A stretch of 63,923 nucleotides of DNA, filler included, from an uncultured Methanosarcinales archaeon (GTDB lineage Archaea > Nanobdellota > Nanobdellia > Woesearchaeales > CAZKBD01), in NCBI GenBank assembly GCA_964550945.1. It is 4 parts of 4 records of this genome, joined end to end, with 100 filler letters (N's around TTAATTAATTAA, not from the genome) between each part and the next. Parts side by side here need not be neighbours in the genome. Positions count along the whole stretch, not along the records: positions 36,694 to 54,788 come from CAZKBD010000033.1; positions 54,889 to 63,923 come from CAZKBD010000075.1; 2 more parts are not named here. One strand, written 5' to 3'. The position numbers and the translations under genes are program-made. The notes beneath the pieces were generated by a model. It saw nothing but the letters and a program-made list of their open reading frames with translations, did no database searches and was not told the DNA's origin. Positions 50,942 to 59,882 of this stretch are shown piece by piece (position 1 is the first letter of the stretch; every line of letters starts with the position of its first letter).

Positions 50942-51078
50942 TGGACAGCTTTCCTGATTTCCCGCGTAATGCAGTACACTCAAGAACGGAGGCTTGCTTA
51001 ACTATCACGTGGGTTAAGTCCAAACCCCAATCCGTGTTCGAAAAGGGAACGGGTGAACCAAGCCCCTATGACCGTCCA
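50942..51078 (-). rRNA. rrf: 5S rRNA with a 27-nt intervening sequence (51004-51030)
   Basis: Minus strand reads TGGACGGTCATAGGGGCTTGGTTCACCCGTTCCCTTTTCGAACACGGA[insert]AGTTAAGCAAGCCTCCG...GTACTGC...GCGGGAAATC...GCTGTCCA, matching the archaeal 5S pattern (GGUCAUAG, CCCG..CGAAC.CGGAAGUUAAG, GUACUG). Termini pair; TATA-like TTTTTAAATA just upstream. Confidence 0.9.
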
Positions 51079-51195
51079 ATGCCTAGAAATGGGGTTTTAT
51101 TTAAAAAGATTTCTTTTTTTTAGTGGATTGGTCAGTTAATGTCTCCCTTACATAAAATCGAAAGTAATTTATACTTTGTTTTACAGTAAAAACTT

Positions 51196-52293
51196 ATGAT
51201 TGATGAATGCTATGAGAAAGCGATTGATGCCATAAGAGCTTGTTCTACAAAAAATGGGCTGTTTGCTTCTGGAGGGAAAGAAGGCTATAATGCAGTGTGG
51301 GCAAGAGATAGCATGATCAGCTTCTTAGGAGCAAGTTTAGTTAAAAATTCATTGTTTAAGGATACTTTTAAAAAAAGCATTATTACGCTTGGTGACAACC
51401 AAAGCAAAAAAGGGCAGATCCCTAATTGCGTTGACAAGTTTAGCGAAAGAAAGCCCCATGTTGATTATGCATCTATTGACTCAACTTTGTGGTACATTAT
51501 TGGGCATTATGCTTACAAAGAGAGGTATAAGGACAACTCTTTATTTAACAAGTATAAAGATGCAATAAAACAAGCGCTATCATGGCTGGATTGCCAGGAT
51601 GTCGGTGAAAAAGGGATGTTAGTACAGCTGCCGACAACAGACTGGCAGGACGCTTTTCCCCATAAGTATGGGTATACAATTAACACTCAGGCTTTATACT
51701 ACAAAGTTTTGAATTTGATGGGCAGGAATAGGGATGCAAAAAAATTAAGATTTATGACCAATGAGAATGAAGATACAAGATTATGGAATGGAAAATTTTA
51801 TGTGCCTTACAGATGGAAAAACCACAATAAATACCGCGAGATGGGAAACTGGTTTGATTCTCTTGGAAATCTCCTTGCAATTGTTTTTGGCTTGGCTGAT
51901 ATGGCAAAATCTGAAATGATTATCTCTTATATTGAAAAAAATAAGATAAACATGCCTTATCCTGTCAAAGCAATCTATCCTCCAATAAGAAAGGGAACAA
52001 AAGACTGGCAAGATTATTTTGAAGATTGTGCTGCCAAAAAGCCTTACAATTATCTAAATGGAGGGATATGGACTTTTATAGGAGGATTTTATATCTTGAG
52101 CTTATTGAAATTGAAAATGTTTAAAAAAGCAAAAATAGAGATGAGGAAATTAGCAGAAGCTAATTTAAGAGGAGATTTTCCAGAATGGATCGATCCTTTA
52201 ACAAAGAGGTCTTACGGAGAACAACAGGCATGGAATGCCGGCATGTATATCCTAGCATATGAATCATTCAACAAGAAAAAGAGCTTAGTCTAG
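51196..52293 (+). CDS. (alpha/alpha)6 glycoside hydrolase (GH100 invertase / debranching-like)
   Basis: VWARDS, SIDSTLWY, TDWQD, YLNGGIW, FPEW, QAWNAG. Confidence 0.8.
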   Translation: MIDECYEKAIDAIRACSTKNGLFASGGKEGYNAVWARDSMISFLGASLVKNSLFKDTFKKSIITLGDNQSKKGQIPNCVDKFSERKPHVDYASIDSTLWYIIGHYAYKERYKDNSLFNKYKDAIKQALSWLDCQDVGEKGMLVQLPTTDWQDAFPHKYGYTINTQALYYKVLNLMGRNRDAKKLRFMTNENEDTRLWNGKFYVPYRWKNHNKYREMGNWFDSLGNLLAIVFGLADMAKSEMIISYIEKNKINMPYPVKAIYPPIRKGTKDWQDYFEDCAAKKPYNYLNGGIWTFIGGFYILSLLKLKMFKKAKIEMRKLAEANLRGDFPEWIDPLTKRSYGEQQAWNAGMYILAYESFNKKKSLV

Positions 52294-53424
52294 ATCCAGC
52301 TTTTCTTTTGTGATATCAATCATCTTTTTTGAAGTGATCCTGTAATCAAAATTCTTGACAGCATGTTTTCTTGCTTCTTTACCCATCTTTCCAGTTAGAT
52401 TATTGTCTGTCAACAGTTTTAAGGTGTATTCTTTTAAATCATTTACATCTGCTCTATACGTAAATGTCTTTGGCTCTTTGAATTTTATTATTTCTTGTTT
52501 TTCAAAACCCATTGAAGGATACGCCCATTCCTGAGTTAGTATAACTTCTTCTGCAACTTTAGCTAGAAATCCTGTTTTATTATGGATTATTGTTTCAGAA
52601 GGGCCCATTTTGTTTATGGATATAACTGGCTTGCCGCAGGACATCGCTTCAACTTGTACCATGCCAAAACCCTCAATCCTTGAAGGAGCGGCATAAATAT
52701 CTGCAGCATTTAAAAGATGAATCATAAATTCCTGGCTGAACATGTCACTTAAAAAGATAATCTTGTCTCTGATTCCCAGACTCTCTGCCAGCTCAATCTC
52801 ACATTTTCTCCAATTGTCTGCATTTCTGCTCGGCCATGATTTGCACACATAAACCCAATCTTTGAATTCCTTATCTATTTCTGCAAGCGCCTTAATCATT
52901 TCCTGCGCTCCCTTTGAAGTTACATCTCCTCCGATTGTCAGGATCATCTTTTTATCTTCTTCAACACCAATCATCTCCCTTATAAATCTGCTGTACTCTG
53001 GGTTATTAGTAGGCTTAAAAAATTCTGTATCTATACCTATAGGCATGGGAATTATTTTGCTGATATTCACTCCATCTCTCTTATAGATTTGCCTTACCCA
53101 TTCGCTTGTTGTGAACATTAATTCAAGCTTATCAAACTCGTCCTGGTAATTTGCCACCCAGCCATCTGCATTGAACCAAGGAACAGGCTTTACACCATAA
53201 TTTAATGGCTCTCTGACAATCTCAGGAAGGTTTCCCCAAAACCCAACACCAAAAGCAACATCTAGCTTCAGATGCTTTAAATAAAATCTTTTTTGAATGC
53301 TATCCTTAAAATGGCAGGGTATTGCCAGGTTGCCTGAATTAACAATTCCTTTGTAAAGAAAATCCCCTTGCAAGCTTTGCCCGTCAGGCTCAGGAGGATA
53401 TGCGTAAAATACAATGCATCTCAT
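52285..53424 (-). CDS. Glycosyltransferase family 4
   Basis: GIDTEFFKP, SKGAQE, PSRIEGFGMVQVEAMSCGKPVI. Confidence 0.9.
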   Translation of the reverse strand: MRCIVFYAYPPEPDGQSLQGDFLYKGIVNSGNLAIPCHFKDSIQKRFYLKHLKLDVAFGVGFWGNLPEIVREPLNYGVKPVPWFNADGWVANYQDEFDKLELMFTTSEWVRQIYKRDGVNISKIIPMPIGIDTEFFKPTNNPEYSRFIREMIGVEEDKKMILTIGGDVTSKGAQEMIKALAEIDKEFKDWVYVCKSWPSRNADNWRKCEIELAESLGIRDKIIFLSDMFSQEFMIHLLNAADIYAAPSRIEGFGMVQVEAMSCGKPVISINKMGPSETIIHNKTGFLAKVAEEVILTQEWAYPSMGFEKQEIIKFKEPKTFTYRADVNDLKEYTLKLLTDNNLTGKMGKEARKHAVKNFDYRITSKKMIDITKEKLDLD

Positions 53425-53996
53425 GTCATTTCCTCAATCATAAATGATTCTGTATCGCTACAGCAAACATCTTCAAAACTATTTTCCTCAAATCCGTAAA
53501 CCTCCCGGATAAGAAACTTTTTTCTTTTAAAATACTTTTCCTTTAACTTTATAAACTTATCTGAATGGGGGTTTGCCTTGCAGATATCTCTGCCTTTTGT
53601 ATAAGAAAATAAGCAAAGCTTTTTTGAGGATAATAATCTTTGATTTAACATTTGGGTTACTGCCTCATGCACATCTATATGCCTTTTATGGCCATATTCT
53701 CCATTTTTTCCGTGGGTGAAAATGCAATCAAATTTTTCTAGGGGAAATGATCTGAGTCTGTTTATCACTTCATCTACCGGGATATCGTTGAGTTTTTCAT
53801 CCTCTAAATCAGACATAAAGCATTTTGCTTTTAGAATTTCACATACTCTTTTGAATTTTGGAGCCCTGTCTCCATCATATTTCCTGCATAAACTGATGAT
53901 TGTGGTGTCCCAGCCATTACTCTTGCTTAAAATGGTCCCTCCCATCCAGATTGTCTCATCGTCAGGGTGCGCGACTACCACTAAAACTTTCTTCAT
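53421..53996 (-). CDS. PIG-L/LmbE family deacetylase
   Basis: VAHPDDE, THG..GEYGHKRH. ATG at 53996. Confidence 0.9.
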   Translation of the reverse strand: MKKVLVVVAHPDDETIWMGGTILSKSNGWDTTIISLCRKYDGDRAPKFKRVCEILKAKCFMSDLEDEKLNDIPVDEVINRLRSFPLEKFDCIFTHGKNGEYGHKRHIDVHEAVTQMLNQRLLSSKKLCLFSYTKGRDICKANPHSDKFIKLKEKYFKRKKFLIREVYGFEENSFEDVCCSDTESFMIEEMT

Positions 53997-54073
53997 AAGG
54001 TTGAGGGTATCATTAACTAAATAAAGTTTTCGCAACAGTAACTTATTTATATGCCTTATCACTCCTTGATTGC

Positions 54074-54619
54074 ATGAAAACAAAAAATAAGCTAACCAGG
54101 CAAGATACAATTCTTTTAGTTATTGATGTTCAAGATAGGCTTAGGCCCCATATGAATAAAAAAGAGGATCTGGTCGATAATATTAAAAAATTGATAAAAT
54201 CATTTAACATAATGGGCATACCTATGATTCTGACTGAGCAATACCCTAAAGGACTAGGAAAAACAATAAAAGAAATCAAAGATGAGCTAAAAAACTATGA
54301 GTATATTGAAAAAATATGCTTTGACTGTTTTGATAATGGGGGATTTGCCAAAAAAATAAAAGCAAAGAATCTTGTTATCTGCGGGATAGAAACGCATGTG
54401 TGCGTATTACAAACTGTATTAAGCGCGTTATCGAGAAAATTTGATACATATGTTGTTGCTGATGCGGTTTCTTCAAGAAAACAGTTTGATTATGAAATTG
54501 CCATTAGGAGAATGGAAAACATAGGGGCAAAATTAACAACAACTGAGATGATTATATTCCAACTTCTTAGAAAAGCAGGAACACCTGAATTCAAAGAGGT
54601 ACAAAAAATAATAAAATAA
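54074..54619 (+). CDS. Isochorismatase family hydrolase
   Basis: IDVQ, TEQYPKGLG.T, GIETHVCV.QT, DAVSSR. Confidence 0.92.
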   Translation: MKTKNKLTRQDTILLVIDVQDRLRPHMNKKEDLVDNIKKLIKSFNIMGIPMILTEQYPKGLGKTIKEIKDELKNYEYIEKICFDCFDNGGFAKKIKAKNLVICGIETHVCVLQTVLSALSRKFDTYVVADAVSSRKQFDYEIAIRRMENIGAKLTTTEMIIFQLLRKAGTPEFKEVQKIIK

Positions 54620-54718
54620 ACCTATACAAATTTTATTATAAACCAGATTGCCACCAAAAACTATATAAAGATTATCCCAAAAACCAAGAACATAACAAAT
54701 TAAAGAGGGATTAAAAAA

Positions 54719-54788
54719 ATGCCAGAAGAAAAGACAATTATGAGTATACAGCATGAAGGTAAGAGGCTAAAGCCACCAGTTTCTTTAA
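54719..54788 (+). CDS. 5' fragment of an unknown protein (cut by gap)
   Basis: GAGGG SD-like motif, then MPEEKTIMSIQHEGKRLKPPVSL running into Ns. Confidence 0.45.
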
Positions 54789-54888
54789 NNNNNNNNNNNN
54801 NNNNNNNNNNNNNNNNNNNNNNNNNNNNNNNNTTAATTAATTAANNNNNNNNNNNNNNNNNNNNNNNNNNNNNNNNNNNNNNNNNNNN
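54789..54888. other. Assembly gap with artificial linker
   Basis: N-run with TTAATTAATTAA. Confidence 0.98.
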
Positions 54889-54954
54889 TGTAAAAAACGC
54901 AAAAGTCTAAAAACCGAAAGGTTTATATACTAGTTTAATCACTAAGTAGTAGTA

Positions 54955-56103
54955 ATGACAGTAGCAAAACTAAACTTTGAATACCAGGAAACAGACAAAC
55001 CTTTGATGGTATTTTACCGCCAGCCTATGGATAAGCTAGATCCAACAGCAGTTATATGGGAAGATATGGCTTTCAAAGGATGGGAATACCAAGGCCGTAA
55101 TCCTGAATCAGCTGTTGGCACTGTTCCAGTTCCAAAAGCAGCTTATTGTTATGTCAGCTCTGGAGAAATCCCTGTAGATTCACTTGGAATAACTAAATAT
55201 GCTCATGATTTGCGCTACAAAGGCCCAATGGTAGAGCTAGGCAATTGGCTTTCTATGTCGGAAAATGTAAGGCAAGACATGCTTAACATGCTTTATGATG
55301 AAAGAGGCGAGCTTAGGGAGGAGATGGTTGCATTTGCTAAATCCTTAAATGATTTAGGCCTTGAGCCAGCAGATGTTACTCAAATTGGAGTGGAGGATAC
55401 AGGCGGTAAAGCCTTTGCAGTACTATACCATTTAAGTGACGGTAGCTCACGAATTGTTTTATCTAAAGGATATTATGATAGCAAGTATCTAGATAGATTT
55501 AAAAATGATAAGGATGCTTTGGAAGCAAAAAAGGCGGATAGTGTAAGGCACGAATTAACGCATGATTATGGCGTCTCACCTTATGCCAATCCATGGCTTT
55601 CAGTAAGTGGAGCTGAAAAAAGAGTTGGTGAATTATTAGCAGACTTCTACGAATCAAGAGCAGAATCGCTAAAAGGAACACCAGAAGCAAAAACATACAA
55701 AGCTTTAGCCGAAATGGCAAGAGAATATGCAAAAAGCTATACCTGGTATAACCGCTTAGCAGCTGAGCTTTCAAGAGACATCCAATCAGGAATTAAGGAG
55801 GCTAATCTTAGAGAAGGAGACTTAGAAGCATTAATAGCAGAATTTTCCGACGAAGCAGTAAACAGGCAGGGAATAAACACGCAAGAAGGGATTGAAAAAT
55901 ATGTAAGAAATAAATTATCTAGCTTATACAGATCAAAACATGCTGAATCAGATAGGGAAGAAGAACAAGGCAAAGAACAATCAGAAACTGAGCCTGCTGG
56001 GAAAGATTATAGGCCAGAAGAACAAACCGATGAAGAAGGCCAAGATGCAGAATCAGATAGAGAGACTGATGATTCAGACAAGTCAGGAGATTCCAGTGAA
56101 TAA
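54955..56103 (+). CDS. Hypothetical protein with HExxH motif and acidic disordered tail
   Basis: RHELTHD followed by a downstream AE; D/E-rich C-terminal ~55 aa; TATA upstream. Confidence 0.75.
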   Translation: MTVAKLNFEYQETDKPLMVFYRQPMDKLDPTAVIWEDMAFKGWEYQGRNPESAVGTVPVPKAAYCYVSSGEIPVDSLGITKYAHDLRYKGPMVELGNWLSMSENVRQDMLNMLYDERGELREEMVAFAKSLNDLGLEPADVTQIGVEDTGGKAFAVLYHLSDGSSRIVLSKGYYDSKYLDRFKNDKDALEAKKADSVRHELTHDYGVSPYANPWLSVSGAEKRVGELLADFYESRAESLKGTPEAKTYKALAEMAREYAKSYTWYNRLAAELSRDIQSGIKEANLREGDLEALIAEFSDEAVNRQGINTQEGIEKYVRNKLSSLYRSKHAESDREEEQGKEQSETEPAGKDYRPEEQTDEEGQDAESDRETDDSDKSGDSSE

Positions 56104-56145
56104 AACCAATAAACACTTAAAACAACACAAAAACTTGAGTTAAAA

Positions 56146-57468
56146 ATGGATGAACAACGATTGCTATCGGGCTTAGAACAAATATTAAGGGTTGGTGCAA
56201 ACCACATTAGACAAAGTGTTATTGATCCTTATACTCGCATTTCAGAGTATGTAGCTGTCGGTGCGAAAGCCCTTGATGCTCCAGCAGCAACATTCTTTGA
56301 TGTAGAAGAATATAAAGGCGGCGTTGGAAGCACTAATTTAATTCCATACGCAGTAACTGGTCCAGATGAAATATTAGTAAGAAAACTAAGGCTGCCTAGA
56401 CATGCTGGTGTAGCTGGTGCAGTTTTATCTGCAGGTGAACCTAAAATAGAAAATGATCCTAGTAATTCTCCATGTTTTGATATAGATGACGTTGCTAGAT
56501 TAGGCTTAGCAATGCCCTCTGCAGTGGTTGCAGTTCCAGTGTACTGCAATAATGCTATTGCCGGAGTTCTTGAGCTATTAAAATATCAAGGCAAATTTGA
56601 TGAAACAGATTTAAGATTAGCGCAATACACTGCTGATGAGATAAGCAAGATTTTAGTGGCCGAAAAATTACGCCAAAGAGATTCTTTAACAGGCATCGAT
56701 AATAACGAAGCGCTGCATACAAACATTGTAAGAATAATACGTGCAGCATGGAGACATGAAATTGACCTCTCAGTTGGAATGTCGGATCTTGATCATTTCG
56801 GAAATGTCAATAACACTTATGGCCACCAAGCAGGAGATTTTGCTCTTAAAGAGTTTGTTAGCTTAGTTCAAGGATCCTTGCATCGTCCAGAAGATTTGAT
56901 CGCTAGGTATGGTGGAGAAGAATTTGTAATAGTCCTGCCGCACACTTTTCCGGGTAATGCTTCTGGAGTATTTGAAGGCGTGAGAAAAACAATTGACCAA
57001 CATCAATTTATTTATTCTGGAACTGAAATACCCTTGACAGTGAGTATCGGTGTTTCTTCCTTAAGTCAATTAGAATGCCAGTACTTATTGCATTTCGGCA
57101 AACCAGGAGAAGATGAACAACGCTATGACCCATCTCCGATAAATCTTATCAGGTATTATTGTGATAATCATGATGCTCTTGCGCAAACTGGTTTTGATAC
57201 CCATGATTTTAATTCCCAAATAACTTCCTATTTAGGTTTAAATCAAAGAACCGTTGCTAGAACACCAGATGAAGTAAAAAATGACCTTGGAATATTAAGG
57301 CAAATCATGAGTACTCACGGAATTACACCAGATGGTATCATACATGATCCTAACGCCAGGGCATTTGTTGCAGCTAAGAGGCTCTTGCACCAAGCAGATT
57401 TAGCTTTATATGCAGCTAAACATTCAGGAAGAAACCAAGTTGTATTATACAACCCTTCATTAGGCTAA
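56146..57468 (+). CDS. GAF + GGDEF diguanylate cyclase with large intra-domain insertion
   Basis: GAF (GVAGAV, VAVPV, GVLEL); DSLTG, DLDHFGNVNNTYGHQAGD, RPEDLIARYGGEEF, TVSIGV, ADLALYAAKHSGRNQV. Confidence 0.92.
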   Translation: MDEQRLLSGLEQILRVGANHIRQSVIDPYTRISEYVAVGAKALDAPAATFFDVEEYKGGVGSTNLIPYAVTGPDEILVRKLRLPRHAGVAGAVLSAGEPKIENDPSNSPCFDIDDVARLGLAMPSAVVAVPVYCNNAIAGVLELLKYQGKFDETDLRLAQYTADEISKILVAEKLRQRDSLTGIDNNEALHTNIVRIIRAAWRHEIDLSVGMSDLDHFGNVNNTYGHQAGDFALKEFVSLVQGSLHRPEDLIARYGGEEFVIVLPHTFPGNASGVFEGVRKTIDQHQFIYSGTEIPLTVSIGVSSLSQLECQYLLHFGKPGEDEQRYDPSPINLIRYYCDNHDALAQTGFDTHDFNSQITSYLGLNQRTVARTPDEVKNDLGILRQIMSTHGITPDGIIHDPNARAFVAAKRLLHQADLALYAAKHSGRNQVVLYNPSLG

Positions 57469-58997
57469 TAATCCCTCAGGCTAATCTGCCCTTTCCTTTT
57501 ATTCTCTTTAACCACAACTATTTTCTCTCCAACCTGCTCTTTAACATCAATAGCAACATTCTCCCCTAATATTGCTTTCAATCTTCCTAAATCTGCCTTT
57601 TTAACATCTTCAATTGTCTTTATTTTATTGTTAAACAATTTCCTTGCCCTGACCCTTCCAATATTCCTTAACTTGAGTAATGTCAAAAGCTCTTCCTTTA
57701 CGCCATCTTGCAATCTTAGCCTGGCTTTCATTATGTCCTTTAGTAATATCTGAAATCCAAGGATTCTGCAAAGCTCATGCATGCTGTACAAAAGCCAGTC
57801 TCCATTATCTAATTTTACCCTAATCTCTCCAGGCCTTATATCATACTTCTCTAATAATTCTTCTTCTGATTTCTCATCAATCCAGTCTTCCATAAACAAA
57901 GCAGTCTTTATTGAATTGATAAACTCCTTATACTCTAAATCATACATTGATGGCTCATCCTCTAATAAATTGCCAGAATATTTAATAAGAGCTTCTTCTA
58001 TCATCCCATACTCCTTATTCTTGACTCTAAGCAAAGGCCTCATCTCTAAAGTATTAGAGATTGATTGTAAAAAAGAAAATGATTTTAGCTCTTTATTTGT
58101 TGCTCTTCTTAAGCATTCAATAAAAAAATGTGCAGTTAAAGGGTCAATATACAGCTCAGCTACTCTTTTGCCTAGAATAGTTGCTTTTATCGCTACCTTA
58201 CCAATATTATCAGCGCTTGTAAATTCTTCTTCTTTTCTGCTGATGAGCTCCCATTCCTCTAACAAACCCAGCATATTGTCAATTATCTCCTCTAGCCTTT
58301 CCATATCCTTGAATTGAAAAGCCCAGAATGTTCTGCCAAAAAAATCAGTTATCTGTCTTTTATTGCTTACAAAATTAGCAGCAATCAAAGACAATAAATA
58401 AGTCCTCAAAACAGGCTCTACCGCTAGCTTGCTATAGATCTCCTCAGGTTTTCCATTAATAAACTTTTCAATTATCTCATCCTTCATTGCCTCGCTTGAT
58501 GCGATGCAGATAGCTTCTCCAAATTTATCATATTTCGGCCTTCCTGCCCTTCCAGCCATCTGGTGGTATTCCAGCACAGGGATATCTTCCATCCCCCTAT
58601 GGCCATATCTCTTCAAATCCCTTATAACAGCTCTAAAAGCAGGAAGATCAACACCTAGCGCCAAAGTTGGAGTGCAGCAGATTATCTTTATCTTGCCTTC
58701 TCTAAAACTATCCTCAACAATCTCTCTCTGTTTCTGGACTAAGCCGGCGTGATGGAATGCAATCCCTTTCTCAACACAATTCGCCAATCTCCTGCACTGC
58801 ACAGTCGGTCTTGACAAGGCATGAAGCACTTGATTCGCCAATTCATTTGATGCTGGTTTTAATTTCTTTGCTATATCCTCAGCTGTTTTCTCTGCGCTTC
58901 TTTTGGTGTTGACAAAAACCAATGCTTGCTTTCCCTTGTTTATAGTATCCAACGCGAGATTTATTGCAGCAACTTCACTTTCTTCTTGAATCTTCAT
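57465..58997 (-). CDS. Hel308/Ski2-like helicase, C-terminal half only
   Basis: LVFVNTK, FHHAGL, TPTLALGVDLPA, QMAGRAGRP, winged-helix/ratchet region, IGRVRARKLF, PIP-like QISLRDY. No Walker A or DExH motif. Confidence 0.88.
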   Translation of the reverse strand: MKIQEESEVAAINLALDTINKGKQALVFVNTKRSAEKTAEDIAKKLKPASNELANQVLHALSRPTVQCRRLANCVEKGIAFHHAGLVQKQREIVEDSFREGKIKIICCTPTLALGVDLPAFRAVIRDLKRYGHRGMEDIPVLEYHQMAGRAGRPKYDKFGEAICIASSEAMKDEIIEKFINGKPEEIYSKLAVEPVLRTYLLSLIAANFVSNKRQITDFFGRTFWAFQFKDMERLEEIIDNMLGLLEEWELISRKEEEFTSADNIGKVAIKATILGKRVAELYIDPLTAHFFIECLRRATNKELKSFSFLQSISNTLEMRPLLRVKNKEYGMIEEALIKYSGNLLEDEPSMYDLEYKEFINSIKTALFMEDWIDEKSEEELLEKYDIRPGEIRVKLDNGDWLLYSMHELCRILGFQILLKDIMKARLRLQDGVKEELLTLLKLRNIGRVRARKLFNNKIKTIEDVKKADLGRLKAILGENVAIDVKEQVGEKIVVVKENKRKGQISLRDY

Positions 58998-59086
58998 TGA
59001 ATAAAAGAAAAAGAACAGTGTTTATAAGGTTTGCTCCAACTCCCAATATTAGTTCAAAGCCCGCAGGCTGAGAAAGTATGACTGAG

Positions 59087-59762
59087 GCGGTTCACTTTAT
59101 TTTTTTCTGAGAAAAAACCATCCTAGAATAATTAAGGCCATTAAACCAGCAGAGACTAACAGATACAGATTTTGGTTTGAAATAGATTGATTATCTTTTG
59201 AAATGTCGGTTAAATTTCCTTTGGTGTTTACATCAATTATCTTTTTAGTACAGTTTATTTGTTCTTCCATCCATTCAAATTCTAATGAAGGACACACATT
59301 ACCCCAAAATTCGACTTCTTCAGCTTTTTGCCAATTAGGAAGTAATTTTTCGCATTTGTTAATATCTTCAACAAAGGCACATTTCTTTTCTAGACTATTT
59401 ACGACAACATCTTCACAATCTCCACCAGCTCCAGAATGTTGAACCGTACAACAAAATGAATCTTTTCGTGGTGTACAAATGGAATCTGTTTGAACTTCTT
59501 TATAATCCTGGGGGCACTGTGATTCTTCTATTATTTCCCAAGCATTTGGCATTACACAAGAAACGCATTCATCTCCCATGAAGAATTCCGAGCATTCTTT
59601 TGTTTGTTCATTAATGCCATATCGAGGCATAGCCACGGAAGCAAAAACTGAAGAAGAAATAATGATAGCAGATAATAAAATAAAAATAATTGATAGATGA
59701 TTTTTTCTCATATCAACTTATTTAGATTATACTGATTTATTAATCTTTCTAAAGTGAACCGC
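59087..59762. repeat. 13-bp perfect inverted repeats flanking one gene
   Basis: GCGGTTCACTTTA (59087-59099) and TAAAGTGAACCGC (59750-59762). Confidence 0.85.
59097..59711 (-). CDS. Cys-rich secreted protein with C-terminal membrane anchor
   Basis: Signal peptide, many Cys in a repeated KxC.F...C...P.W....CP pattern, C-terminal TM helix + RKK. Confidence 0.8.
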   Translation of the reverse strand: MRKNHLSIIFILLSAIIISSSVFASVAMPRYGINEQTKECSEFFMGDECVSCVMPNAWEIIEESQCPQDYKEVQTDSICTPRKDSFCCTVQHSGAGGDCEDVVVNSLEKKCAFVEDINKCEKLLPNWQKAEEVEFWGNVCPSLEFEWMEEQINCTKKIIDVNTKGNLTDISKDNQSISNQNLYLLVSAGLMALIILGWFFLRKK

Positions 59763-59882
59763 TGAGTAATACTGTAACTAATTTCCGGTTATATTCTCCG
59801 AAGGACAAAAGTTTAGTGTAACATTCCGAAGAAAAAATTCAGAGTTTGCCCCCGAGCAGTCCTTTTTAGACATAGTAACAGA

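Noticed and set aside
50162..51090. RNase P RNA, SRP RNA or group I/II intron enclosing the LAGLIDADG gene
   Set aside because: Required conserved motifs are absent; the structured block is explained by a minus-strand 5S rRNA, and the endonuclease is on the opposite strand with its own promoter.
50941..51123. 60-aa plus-strand ORF
   Set aside because: Antisense reading of the 5S rRNA gene.
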